DNA of 64,000 nucleotides, taken from positions 36,890,001 through 36,954,000 of the forward strand of contig NC_090353.1 in the NCBI RefSeq assembly GCF_035084215.1. Direction: 5' to 3'. The notes below the pieces were generated by a model that was not told the origin of the DNA, did not search any database, and was given only the letters and a program-made list of their open reading frames with translations. This document shows positions 36,820 through 49,965 of this stretch, one piece after another; the first letter of the stretch is position 1, and each line of letters opens with the position of its first letter. Position numbers and translations under genes: made by a program. Origin of the DNA: Heptranchias perlo (taxonomy: Eukaryota).

Positions 36820-36950
36820 CGGGGTAACCGGGCCCTGTCTGGGGAGACGGTCTGATACCCCACCCCGGGGTAACCGGGCCCTGTCTGGGGAGACGGTCTG
36901 ATACCCCACCCTGGGGTAACCGGGCCCTGTCTGGGGAGACGGTCTGATGC
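36820..36950 (+). repeat. 45-bp tandem repeat x3 (ggggtaaccgggccctgtctggggagacggtctgat..)
   Basis: Direct inspection. Confidence 0.85.
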
Positions 36951-39900
36951 ACATTCTGGGGTAACTCGGGGCAACAAGGCCTTGTTTTTGGGAAAGCTCT
37001 GACACCCCTTCCCCTTCAACCTGGGCAGGGCTGTCAACTCTGGTTGGCTGCCTTCCTGGAGGTTTCATCACATGACCTCTCACCTCTAACAGCCCTGCAT
37101 TGTCAAACAGCCCTTTTCCCCATTTCCAATATTTAATAGAAAGTTACGGCACAGAAGGAGGCCATTTGGCCCATCGTGCCCGTGCCAGCCGAAAAAGAGT
37201 TATCCAGCTTTAATCCCGCTTGGTCCGTAGCCCTGTAGGTTACGGCACTTTAAGTGCACATCCAAGTACTTTTTAAATGAGTTGAGGGTTTCTGCCTCTA
37301 CCACCCTTTCAGGCAGTGAGTTCCAGACCCCCACCACCCTCTGGGTGAAAAAATTTCTCCTCAGCTCCCCTCTAATCCTTCTACCAATTACTTTAAATCT
37401 GTGCCCCCTGGTCACTGATCCCTCTGCTAAGTTTCTATAACTAATAAACAAAAGTGTTCAAAGAATAAGAAAATAAACATTTTTCAAAAATGCCTTTGAT
37501 TTTTCTTCTGGGTGTTGCTTGTAGCAGTGTCCAGGAAATTAATCTACAATTTCTGGAGACTCCAGAACAATCTCGGAGGGTTGGCAACCCTAATCCTGGG
37601 GCAATGGGTCCCTGTAAGGGGAGAGGGGCTGATACCACCACCCTCCCGGTAATCAGGCCTTGTTTTGTGGAAAGGTCTGGCCCTCCATCCTGGGATAACT
37701 GGTGTTATCGGAGAGGGGTCTGATACACTCCCCTCCAGGTTAACTGGGAGTAACCAGGTCCTGTATGGGTTGAGGGTTCAACACCCCTGTCTGCGGTAAC
37801 AAGGGACAACTGGGCCCTGTATGGGGAATGGATAAAGGGCCTGATCCCCCCCCCATCAAAAGATAATCAGAGCAATTGCACCTCCCCATTGGAATGACTA
37901 TAAACACCTCTGGGTTAGGAGTTCCCAGCTCTTAATCAGATTAAGAAAATAACTGCAAATGGTAGAGATCTAAATAAAAGCAGAAAACCCTGGAATCACA
38001 ATAAGACCTTCAGCATCTGACAGCTTAACCTTTCAGCTGAGGCAGAAATTGAGAGTCCTCAACTGTTTTCTCAGATGCAGACAGACCTGCTGTGTATTTG
38101 GAAAATGTTCTGTTGTTATTTCTTGATGAAATTCTTTGTGCACATGTATATGGTGGATGCTGTTTGTTCTCCAAGTCTGAACCTTCCTCTCTGTGGCTCT
38201 GTTCAACAACTGTCTAATTGATGCCATCTTATTGACTTATTTTTGTTAAGGTGTAGGTTTGAGTTATATTAAATGTAGTGAAAATCCTCTATGATCTCTG
38301 CTAAAGGATGTCAATCTGGGTGTTCACTACTGCAATGAAAGTTCCTTATGCTAAAATGATTTCTATCATATTCATATCCTGTACTGTTAACAATACCCAC
38401 TCCTATATATGTTTTTCAAAATGGTAAACCATATTGTCAATAGGTTTACCTCTATTGGAACCATTGTATAGTATATGAAAAAATCCATTTGTCGCTGCAT
38501 TGCTTGTGCTAATCTCATTCAAATTACTCACCACCAGTGACAGTCCTACTTGCACATGCTCTGATGTGCAGAAATGTCCCACGTTTAAATGTACTGTGTG
38601 AATCTTAAGGCTTAATGGAAATGGTAGACGTGGGGTGTTGCCGATGCTGCTGACCTGTTCTTCACCGTGTTATACAGCTCTAAATTGCTTCTCCAGTCAC
38701 AACACAAGTTTGGAAGGACAGAACCTATAACTATACTGCTGAATGATTTTCACAGTTCAAGTGGACACAGCATGAAAATTTCAAACACCTGCCATTATGT
38801 TTTACTGAAATCCTAGTGACAACTGTGTGTCACTAAACAACCATGAGTTACCCGAACAATGATAAAATCTACAGCAGCCTTCAAGGCTATTTGTTTTCAA
38901 AGAGGGCAGCGTGTTCTCTCCCCGGACTGTCCTGCTGGTTTCCCCCGTCTCTGAAACAGGTACATTGACAGCTGATCTCGTTTGTCCCTATGGAACGTGC
39001 TGATCAGTCAGTGAACTCCAACGACCAGCCCAAGTTTGTTCAGCATGTAAATGGCAACTGTAGCGGAGCAGGAGGTGATCTCCCCTGCTTTTAATTAACA
39101 TTGATTAAAAAGTAGGGAAATGTAAATGTATATTTCACATTGGTTGTATTTTAGAAATGGAATCTCTATAATTAGTGCTTTAATTATGGTAAATGAAGCC
39201 CATCTAAGGCCCACAGCTCTTTTCATTGTAGTAGACTTAGTAATATGGGGAAGTCTGGTAGCCATTTTGTGTCAGACTTGTAAGAAGTTCTTTCTGCTGG
39301 TCTGGATTCAGATGAAGTCATCTATCCGAAATCTCAGATTAATGACATTTTTGATACCTGTGCTTCATTTTCAGCTGGGAACTGTACAGTTTTCCTGCTG
39401 CATGACTTTGCACTGTGATTTAGCTGAAAGAAAAAAGAAAGTCTCCATTGCTGATTCCACATTAAAATAGGTTCAGAAAAATTATCTTTTTAAAAAAAAT
39501 ATCGAATCTTCACCTGAACAGACATCTGCCACGTCAGGTTTTCTCCTCGCTGTTAGCTTGCTCTGCTTATTCAATGAGTAAATGCCGTTCCAGGATCAGG
39601 TTGTTCCAGGTCAGCTTTCAAACTAGTCCAGCTTGATCATCCCTCCATTGGTTCCAATGCAACTACACCAGGCACTTTACTGTCGATGACATGAGGGAAT
39701 GGCCTACTAACAAGGAGACTACTAGATCTGGTGGGCTACCTGTCGGCTAGATATTCCATTTTCTTTTTAAAAGCAAGGATAGTTTTTTTGAGAATATATA
39801 TTTTTAATACAAAATACGGGAGTACTTTAAATAGAAAGCACCCCCAAGACTTCCCATCCTCTTTTTATGTAAGGCAAGAAGTGACTGAGGTTTTGGGACC

Positions 39901-42900
39901 AAGCCAGAGAACCATCTATCTGCAGCTCCCAAACACTGAAAGAAGAGATGGACTGAACGATCTTGCAAAAATTCATACTCCATTACTAGGGGAAACCTCT
40001 GCATGGATCTGAAGATTTTTAGTGTTGTGTCTCGAGTACTGTTCTTCCTTTCCCCTCCCATTACTAGTTTAAAAATTAGGGATCCCCAGGATGTTGAACT
40101 ATACCTAAAGTATGATTGATCCTTGCTAAATCTTGAGTAGAAATGTGACAATAGTATTTGTCTTCAAACAGAAATACAAATGCTCGCTGCTGCTTGCATT
40201 TTCTGGTGCATCCTTTTACCACAGAACCTGACTAACTGCTCTTTGACCTTATCATCAGGTGAGTAAATACAAAGGGGTGGGGTCCTCACTGACACTCCAC
40301 TTGGCATCAGGGGGCCAAACCCATTCTTGGACCAACCTGTTCTGATACCCTTAACAAGGTCTTTTGTGCATAGGGATGAAATGGAGCCTGTTCTCAGTGG
40401 ACTGCAGATAACTGAGAGGCTCCCACACCTGATACCTTTTGATATCTTGCATTCTTATTTGCAAGGCATCCTCTTTGCCTTCAGTCCTGATACTGATAAT
40501 CTCCCCTTTCTCTTTAACCCAGAGGGAGTGGTTTTAGCAGGAGCACCCTCCTTTTCTTTGACTCTGGGGAAAGGTGGTTATGTGACAGCCTCATTTTTTA
40601 ATTCCACATGAATTTCCTTGCACTTTCTTATCCTCTTCTACTTTAAGTTCCTTCCATTTCTTATGCTTTTGAGACATCCAGATTGATGCACCAGAGGACA
40701 GTGGTTCATAGTCAGTTATCTCTGCGTAATAATGCACTTTTCTTCGTGCTGTGCAATGACAAAGGGGCCCGACCTCTTCCTGACATGCAATAGTACTGTT
40801 CAGGTTTTGATGAACGCTGTGATCTTAGTAATTCCTAAATATTTTTTTTTCTGTTCTTATTCCAACACACTGCATATAAGAGTTGGACTTAATGTGGGTT
40901 AATCATTCCTCCCTTGTCCTCGAGGGCAGCGATGTTATCAAATGGTCATGACTTGTACTTTTTGGTACCAGGCTTTAATCTATTTGAGTAATCTTTCCTC
41001 TGTATCATTTTGCTACTCCTATCCCATGCATTTTTCTTCAGGCCTCTGGTTTTCTTCCATTGTGAGGCTGAGGTTAGCTGTTTTCTGTTTTGAGTTGCTC
41101 TCTGCTCAAGAGCCTTCATGCTCCTGGTGCATCTAGTTATTCCTAGGAAAGTCACCTGCAGCTATACTAAGAGGATTTCATCCTGGCTGTAGGATCCAAA
41201 TATATTCGCCAGTTATTGGAAGCCTTAATAATTGTATGTTATAACTAAATGTGCACTGCAGTAAATGTTCATAATTACAAAGAATTATAATTACATAGAA
41301 TTTACAACACAGAAACAGGCCATTCGGCCCAACAAGTCTATGCCGGTGTTTATGCTCCACACGAGCCTTCTCCCTTCCTACTTCATCTAACTCTACCAGC
41401 ATATCCTTCTATTCCTTTCTCCCTCATGTGTTTATCTAGAGTTCCCTTAAATGCGAACACACAGTGCAGACCAGGGAATCAAACCTTGGGGCCTCCTGGT
41501 GCAGAGGGCTCTAACAGGATGCGTCTCACACGAGCCAAATGGAGCAAAGCAGATCGGACAGTCAATCAGTGCATTTATTGATATAAGCAAAATCTGTCAA
41601 GAGAGTGCAATGTGTAGCGAGGACAGAAAAATTATTCTGCTGCTTTATCACTTTCAGATTACGAAGTCTAAATAAATTAAATGCATATTAAAAACAATCA
41701 TGAAAATGAAATATTCCAGGCTTGATCTGCTTCAAAGCAAGCCATATGCACAACTCTAACTTTCAAAAGTAATAGTTAAAAACATCTTTATGTACACATA
41801 AGAGTGAGTTTCAGCTCAATGGGCTCGACTTAAAAAAACAATTGCAATCCAAATTTGATCACTATATAAAAAGATTCAACAATGACAGTGCATTTCAATC
41901 CCATATAGCAGCAACCCTCTATACAAGCGTTTCTGTTGTTTTGTAACTGAACCAGTGTGAAACTATTCTACGGCAAGCTGGTTTAATGGTGAAATGGTCT
42001 ATCAGTGGAATGATGCAGGTTCACTTTGTCAATCTGTGATTTCAGCCAAGCAGCCAAGGGACACTAAGTGAATAAGACGTTCTTCTCCATTGGCAGAGAG
42101 AGTAAGCTCTCTCACTCTTGTTAATACTGCACCTGACTAACTCATCTTGTTTGTTCCAAGTTGTATACTCCTTGCAAGCACTAGACATTAATCTATCAAG
42201 GATAGGTCAGCCCTCATTCTTGACCACAAATCCTGGCTTTTGTAATGAACTTATACAATAGGACGTCATTGTGCAGTACTGAGTGTGTGCTGCACAGGCG
42301 AAGGTGCTGTCTTTCGGATGAGACGTTAAACCGAGGCCCTGTCTGACCTTTCTGATGTAAAAGATCCCACAACACTGTTCCGAAGAAGAGCAGAGGAGTT
42401 CTCCCCGGTGTCCTGGCCAATATTTATCCCTCATTATCTGGTCATTATCACATTGCTGTTTGTGGGATCTTGCTGTGCACAAATTGGCTTCCGCGTTTCC
42501 TACATTGCAACACTGACTACACTTCAAAAGTGCTTCATTGGCTGTAAAGCGCTTTCGGACATCCTGAGGTTGTGAAAGGCACTATATAAATGCAAGTCTT
42601 TTTTTTTCATTGTTGCCAGCCCACGTGCAATATGTCCTACTGGAATTTTATGTTTTGAATTAGTCTGGCATAACACAAGTTTTCTTTATAGTTTCATGTC
42701 ACTTTTGAGCGCATATCTGGCTTGCAAGCTCCTTTTCTTGCAGAGTCAGCAGAGAATCCAAGAAGAACTAAGCCATCCTTGGGGAAGACAAATTTTGGTT
42801 TATTTCGCAAGATAATGAACCATTCAGAAACTCTTGTCCTTGGTTTACTTTTAAGGAATGGTTGGGAGGTGGCTCTTTAGTAAGATACACATTCAGCTTT

Positions 42901-43531
42901 TACCCAGAGGCTGAGTTGAGCCACATCAACATGCTGGAGGTGAAGCAATATGAACTTGCTTCTCCACATCTGGACCTACAAAGGAGAGAGTAATTAACTG
43001 TACGGGATCTAGTCTGCTGAATTTTGTTCTAGGAGAATGGATTACAAATGGCTCAGTAAGCTCTAGAATACCTTTATGTAAAGTTGGCTTTCTCCAAGCT
43101 GCTTTCCTCCATTTGAGCAAGTGAGTTCATGCCAGGGTCCTTCACACCTCCATTCACCATACATGAAAACATTCTTGAGCCCAGAGGACAAAGTTGTACT
43201 GCTCTCTTTAGAATGCTCGTTATTTAGTCTCTTGAGGAGGACAACGCATGTCCCTGTTGCTAGGACAAATGATTCCTGTTTTTCTCACTTGTATCTCTTG
43301 GATTATGTCAGATTTCCCAAAAGCATTTTGCATCAGATGCATTTTGTGGTAAAAACCCATGATGTCTTCCTGATCTTAGTGGCGTTATCCGCATGCCCAA
43401 GTGATCTCTAATACATTAGCATTTACATGAAATATAGATTGCAACGTTTTTTTTATAATTGTTTTGATTTTAATAAAAGATAAGCTAAACACTTTTTTTC
43501 TTCCTTTCTTCCCCCCTGTCTTCCATTGAAG

Positions 43532-45493
43532 AAATGCTCAACTATGCACCCAGGCGATATCCCAGGGAATCTTATGAAGAAAATACACAATACGATGATG
43601 TGCCCTATGATGACTATGAATCTCCATCTCACAGGTCGGAGAGATGGAGGAATATGTCCAGTCAGGCAGAAATGCCATCTGAAGATAATAGAAGGTATTA
43701 TGATGATGCTTCCTATTCTACTTCAGGAAGAGAGAATTTCTTGGATCACGATGAGAGAGATGATCACCATTCACAGTATAATGAATTAAGGAACCCCGTT
43801 GAATCCAGTGGGGATCCAGGATTGTTTGGAAGACCAACAAGTTCCAATGACACTGATGCCAGGAGAGGATCTGGGATCTATAGAAGATCAGTGAGTCCTG
43901 CTGAGTCTAGAGATCGACCAGGATTGTACAGAAGACCACCGAGTCCAAATAATTGGCAGTCTCAGAGACCAGTTGATGACTCAAGGGATTACCAATTCTA
44001 TAGGAGATCCCAAAGTCCTGATGGCAGAGATGGTCAAAATTTATACAATAGATCCCAAAACCCTGTTGATAAAACAGGACACTCAGAATCACACAGGCGA
44101 TCCTGGAGCCCTGGTGATGAGACCAGGGATCAGGGATCAAACCCTAGACCCAGGAGTCCTGTTAAGGCACATGATGCAGAGTTATACAAGTTATTAAGTA
44201 ACGTTATTGATAATGCTCGGCGTTTGGCAGCTAGTAAGAATGACCCCTCTCACACATCCTGGAGAGACCAATCCAGGGACTCCTCTCAAATGGATTCCTC
44301 CCTTTACCAGACCGATACACCTACGGATGGGTTCCATGCAGCTGAGGATTATAACCCTCACTTGAACCAGCACAGTTATATTCATCAAAACACAGAAGTT
44401 TCCAGAAGAGGCCATTCCTTTCACGCTCCCCCTAAAAATGCAAGAGGGCCTTTGCTTAAGCGTCCAAAGGTTCCAGGCCGACGTGGCCTTCTAGGGCGAG
44501 CTCCTGGCCTTTTGGGGAGAGCGCCTGGTCTTCTGGGGGCAGCTCCTGGTCTTCTGGGGGCAGCCCCTGGTCTTCTGGGGAATGCCCCTGGTCTTCTGGG
44601 GACAGCCCCTGGCCTTCTGGGGACAGCCCCTGGCCTTCTAGGGACAGCTCCTGCTGGTTTAGTGGGGTCTTCTGTTTCCAGCATGGCAATGGCTGCCCAC
44701 AAAAATATTTCCCCAGACTCTCCTGCTCATTTGCAGTCATTGGGGAATATATCTGTTGCTCCAGGTAGTCAAATGGAACTGGGGCAACAAATAATAAAAT
44801 GGGCTGGTTTTCACAGTGTCGCTGCTGACCATTCCATGAAAAACAAGTTTGATCCCAACACAGATACCTGTTCTAAGGTAGCCACTGCCTTCCAGTGCTT
44901 GATGGCAAAGCAGCATCAGGATATCTGTCAGTCGACATCAGTGACACATCCAGGCCTCACGTGCCCTGTGATCGATAACTCTTTTGTGTCTCTGTTAAGA
45001 AGGAAGAATGTCATTACAAGTAGGAAAGAGTTGGATGATATTGTACGTCAAGAAGAACCTCTTTTGCAAGAGATCCAGAGCAAGCTGCTGGATTGTATAG
45101 GCCCAATTCTTGTAGCAAGCAGCACCCATGAGTTGAGCTCCAAGCCGCAAAGTTCACAGACCCCTAACCAACTTGCCAGTATGCTCGAGAGGGTGATCAT
45201 GGCTTGCCGCCAATCAATGGTGCTCATTGGGCAAACCTTTGCTTTTGTCAGCCAAGAAAGAAGGAAAAATCTGTTGCGCAAGACCGGGCTGGTCTCAATG
45301 GCTCCAAAGTATGATTATTTCGTGAATCTGGAAAACAATCAGCTGTTTGGGAACAAATACACAAATGAGCTGAGGAAGAGAGTGGAGAAAGTCTACCTCC
45401 CCCCAGTACATAGCCAGGTTTCTTGTTCCAGTAAGTTCATGATTAAAGAGGAGGAACAATCAAAGAACGACTCAGCAATCAAGTCCTCAACAA
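43532..45493 (+). CDS. SUGP2: SUGP2 giant exon (1962 nt): RS/RD-rich N-terminus, GLLGxAP repeats, helical domain (IIKWAGFH..GQTF..LFG)
   Basis: Long pyrimidine tract plus gaag acceptor; open frame; donor A|gtaagt. The IIKWAGFH..RQS..LIGQTF..LFG region matches my recollection of SUGP2. Confidence 0.85.
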
Positions 45494-46033
45494 GTAAGTG
45501 CTCCAATTAATCTCCTGATAGTTTATACAGATACACAGCTTGAATTTAATTTGTGATTACAATATACTGTAGCTATTATTAAAAGTCTCTTGGTGATATT
45601 TTGAATATGCCATGATCTGACAGTGAGTGGAAGGTGTATATATATATATACTTTTATTAAAACCCCATTGATCAGACAACACAACGAAGCCATGGATATC
45701 AATGAACTGAAGTATCATCCCTTCTCTGCTCAGTTCCTGGCCTGGCTAGTACCTAGTGCCCCCTAGCAGTTGGCTACATGGACGCATTTTCAATGGTCTG
45801 GGAGTGGGCCTAGCACCCGCTGTCTTGGCAGCAGAAGCCCGAATGCCTGAGGAGTGAGGTTGCTGTATCAATTTAGATCCAGTCAGAAAAAGGAAAGCCG
45901 GAACATTTCCCCTCCAAATTCTAGTGTCTTGGTTTTGCTGTTTTGAGATTCTGTTGCAGCCTCCTGTTAGCTCACCTCCTTTGCACAGAGATGGCTTGAA
46001 CTGTTGTCTTTTTTTAAGTTTCCTCTTTGGCAG

Positions 46034-46331
46034 ATGCCAAAGCCGGCAAGCAGACCGAGAGAGGTGCTTCGGCATCAGACAGCAGTGGTAGATGGAAGAC
46101 CGAGAAAGGCTCAGCACCCGCTGTCTGCAGTGGCAAGAGCATGGCAGAGAAAGATGCACCATCACAAGATGGCAAAAAAGGGTTTGGCCCAGCAGTTGGT
46201 GAGAGCATCCGCCCCCCAGAAGACACGCAGGTCAAGACTATTATTGATAAGCTAGCTATGTTTGTAGCAGAGAAGGGTGAGGCAGCAGAGAAAGCGGTCA
46301 TCCAGTACAAGAAAGAAGACTCCAATTATAG
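46034..46331 (+). CDS. SUGP2: SUGP2 exon (SURP N-half TIIDKLAMFVAE..)
   Basis: 298 nt, AG/GT boundaries, frame-continuous. Confidence 0.85.
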
Positions 46332-46920
46332 GTAAGCACAACGACGTAGCATATTGATATCAATACAGATGTGAAAGGAAAACTCACTTATTAAGGGGTC
46401 AGAAAGCCTTGAGTGGGTAGTTTGTCCAAAGCATTGCACCTGTTTTAAAATGAAAAAGTACCTACTGATCAGAATCCTTTTAAAAATTTTAATGTTCTTA
46501 CCTGCCAGTTCAGGTCCCTCTCCCAGTCAGGCCACACTTATGCCACTGAACAGAGATTGCGTATTGAAAACAACAGGGAGCACGATTTGAGACCAGCCTG
46601 AAAGCCCACCTTCATGGTTGAAGAGCCTAATGATATTTACTATCTAGGTCGAGCCCACGAACACTGTAACAGCCACTTGGGCAATGTACTAGAGGCCTGT
46701 GGGTGCCCAGGAGTTGTACCCCAGCAAGAATTAGCAGTGTCAGGAGGGGAGGATTGAGTTAATGATGTCAGCTATGCTGTAAGTAGCAGCTTCTGTACAG
46801 TGTTGGCTGATAGCTGCCTGCCCTCTCAGCTGTAGTTAATGCCTGGCCCAGGGAATAGTGACGAAAATAGGAAGGGGTGTCTTGCCTTCTAACTTTTTTT
46901 TAAAATTGTTCATTTTAAAG

Positions 46921-47165
46921 GTTTTTACTTGATGCAGAAAGCAACGAGTACAAGTATTATAAGCAGAAAGTGGCACAGTTCTATAGAGAGAACAGCTGCC
47001 AGTCAAGCAAACCTGGTCCAGAAAGAGATTCTTCAGGAGCTGCTGAGAACAGACAGTCAGGATACAAAATATCCGTGGAGGATAAGGCTGATACATCAGG
47101 GGGTCTCCAACCAGAGTTCCTGGTGAAAGTTGAGACCTCGACAACTTATCCAACAGCAGAAAAAG
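46921..47165 (+). CDS. SUGP2: SUGP2 exon (SURP C-half FLLDAESNEYKYYKQKV..)
   Basis: 245 nt, AG/GT boundaries, frame-continuous. Confidence 0.85.
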
Positions 47166-47629
47166 GTAGGGATAACATAACTGTTGTAAGGAAAGGGTTA
47201 ATCAGACTGTCCTGGAGTCTGTTAATGTTATACTACTATTGATTTCTCTTTGTATGATAGTAATGTTAGCCTTTAGCCTTTGCCTGTTGAGCAGGGAAGT
47301 TTGTCAATTTAAAGTACCACTGGGCTATTGAGCCAAGGCTAACCCTGCAGCAATGGTCAGTTTAGTCACTGCAGTAAACCTAATTAAAAGACATTGGCAT
47401 ACTGATTCATACATATATTTCATCAGTTGATAACAAGTGCAGGAAAAACAGTTTGTTCTGCAAGGGAGAACATCTGGGTATACATCATCCTTCTTAATTG
47501 GGGTTTCTGTAGAAGCAGGGGATTGACTGGTATGCTTTGGTACAGAATCAAAGACAGACTTATAACTATAGTTTCACTTGGTTGAATAACAATGATATGT
47601 AACAAGAGTGAAACTATCGATAAGATAAT

Positions 47630-48040
47630 AAAGTAGGGGAGTTATACTGTCTACGGAAAAAGAGTTTGTTAAGTAAGGAAAACTAAAGTTATTGATAAGG
47701 GATAAGTCAATTAAATTCTCCTTATATGGAGTTGTATTTTAACAATTATATAATTATGTAATACAGAATTGTGTGGATTGTCACGTAGAAGGAGTGAGAG
47801 AAATGTAAAAATATTTGGCCATTTGTAATGAGTATTTGGATTTGTAAAGGTCTAAGACACTGAGCTCAGAACTGTAACACGTTTTGAGTCTCTCAACTTA
47901 ACCAGCAAGGATCAGTTGCAAGTAGTGTCTTTTAAGTATATGTTTAAGTGCTATTATATGTGCTGTATACTTAATAAATCTGTAATACTTGATATTCAAT
48001 GTTTAAGAATCTTTTTGTTTTGAAGAGTAAATTATAACCC
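47630..48040 (+). mobile_element. Possible degraded LTR preceded by a polypurine tract
   Basis: aaagtaggggga PPT-like run, then gttata...tataac inverted ends and an internal aataaa. Lacks clean TG..CA ends. Confidence 0.3.
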
Positions 48041-49162
48041 TTCCTCTAACACTGTCATGACAAAACTCCAGGCAGTAAGATTATGTTTTCCCAGTTTTCT
48101 TCCCCCCCTCTGGAAGATGCTGACTCATCCAGGGGTACGGTTCCTCGAAAACCAGATCACCTCCGTCACCTCGCCATGCGGCTATTCACACGTGAGCCCA
48201 GACAGTGAAATGCCGGCAAAGTGTTGACTGTATGGAGTTTCACGGCCAAGACTGATCCTCTTTCTGCCCAATGTGCACAATTTCCAGTAAGGGTCACTGG
48301 ATAACGATTAGGAGTGGGAACCCAGGCTTCTGCCTCGCTATTCAGTAACCCCTGCTGGGAAGTGAGTGATTGCTCAGATGGGAAATCCCCCAGCCTATTG
48401 TCAGGTATCCTGCCGACACTCACTGGTTGAGGCTCACATACAAAGAACGCACACCTGGAGGATTGGCTGTCGCCTGTTGGACTGTACCCCAGTGAGAGTC
48501 AGTGCTTTCAGGAGGAAATCATAGATCATGGACTTCACAGCATAGAAGGAGACAATTTGGCCCATAGAAAATTTAATTTTTATGGAGGCAAAGGAACTGC
48601 AATTAGAGGTTACACATCCCCCAAAATATACCCCCAAAAATACCAATAAAATATTTGTACCCTTGATGGTGATTCTCATCTTGTAGGTGCTAAACTAAAT
48701 GATTGTCAATTCATCGATTTGTAATAATTTTCCCTGTTGATGGGGAGTTAACACTGCCTGATAACACCCTACATTCTGTCATGGGGTGCAGCATGATTTG
48801 AAGAGAGTGTTGGAGTATGAATGTGGAGTGTTATAGCATTGATGAGAGGCAGGTTCAGTCTCATTCCCACTCCCTGTGGGCCAGCAGCACTGAAGTACAC
48901 CCTCACAAGAAATGGGGGGAGTAGTCCGAGGGCAGATCCTTCCTGAACCGCTATTGTGTGCCTGCCCGTTTCTGACTCTGGGTTAAAGGCAGCAAAGGCC
49001 CTGGTTGGCCCTCCTTTGTGTGCATGCATGGTGTGAGGAGACTACGGTGATTTGGGTGAGGACTGAGGGCGTGTAGTGAAAATCGGCAGCAGGTCAGTTG
49101 TAGATGCTGCTGTCCATGAGCGATTGGTGTTTTCTGGAGCTTAATAACTTGCTTTCTCACAG

Positions 49163-49286
49163 ATGAATCTCTCAGTGACACCAAGACGAGAACCACTGCA
49201 GAGAAACTGGCCAAGTTTGTGGCTGAATGTGGTCCAGAGCTGGAAGAGATTGCCATTGAAAACAATCGGGACAATCCAACCTTCTG
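49163..49286 (+). CDS. SUGP2: SUGP2 exon (second SURP N-half [31 protein letters not shown])
   Basis: 124 nt, same size and phases as SUGP1 exons 5 and 7. Confidence 0.9.
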
Positions 49287-49959
49287 GTAAGAGTACAGAG
49301 ATTGGCTGCTTCCTGACACGTCAGGGATGTAAGAATGTGGGATAGGATCCATTCCTATCGGTAAGCGGCTCCCATATGCTCTCCAACCCAAGGGTGCGTT
49401 AGGTCAGTTGATCCTGTAAAAAATGAACACCAGTCAGCTCCCCGCTCCCATGGCTCAGTTGAAATATACAACACCTGGTGTGGTAATGACCAAAACAGAC
49501 CAGAAAGGCCCAGGTTCAATATCCCTGTCTCTGCTGGGTTAGCTGATCTTAGCTGGGACGCTACAATTGCCCTCAGTGCCTCAGGCTAAGGAGGGGTAAA
49601 AAAGAAATCAGCCAGCGTTCCCGCCCCTGATTAGCTATCCCTGTTGGAAAGTGCGTGTGTATATGGACATCGTTGAAGAGCCTGCGACTCCCAATGCCTG
49701 AGCTCACACAGGCCATTGGACAAGGTAACTCAGAAAGAGTCACTGCCTTCAGGAGAGGAAATGTTTTGGAGGGGGGGGGTGGCGGGAGGGGCGAGGAGAG
49801 GAATTCAGATTCTAGTTCCCTTCCATAAGGCAGGTGGGTATGCTGGCTGCATGGGGTGGGGGGGGGGTTGATCATGGTAGTGCAAAGTAAGCGAACAGTC
49901 TGCTTTTATGGCTCTGTTGCTTTTTTTGTTACATCTTCCTTCTACTTGTTTTCTTGCAG

Positions 49960-49965
49960 ATATTG
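49960..49965 (+). other. Candidate 6-nt microexon (ATATTG) creating TGA on inclusion
   Basis: ~55-nt pyrimidine-rich tract + ttgcag | ATATTG | gtgagt. Confidence 0.5.

Noticed and set aside
36434-37083. ORFs downstream of the bidirectional promoter
   Set aside because: GC-rich intron and 45-bp repeat translations without recognisable domains or splice support.
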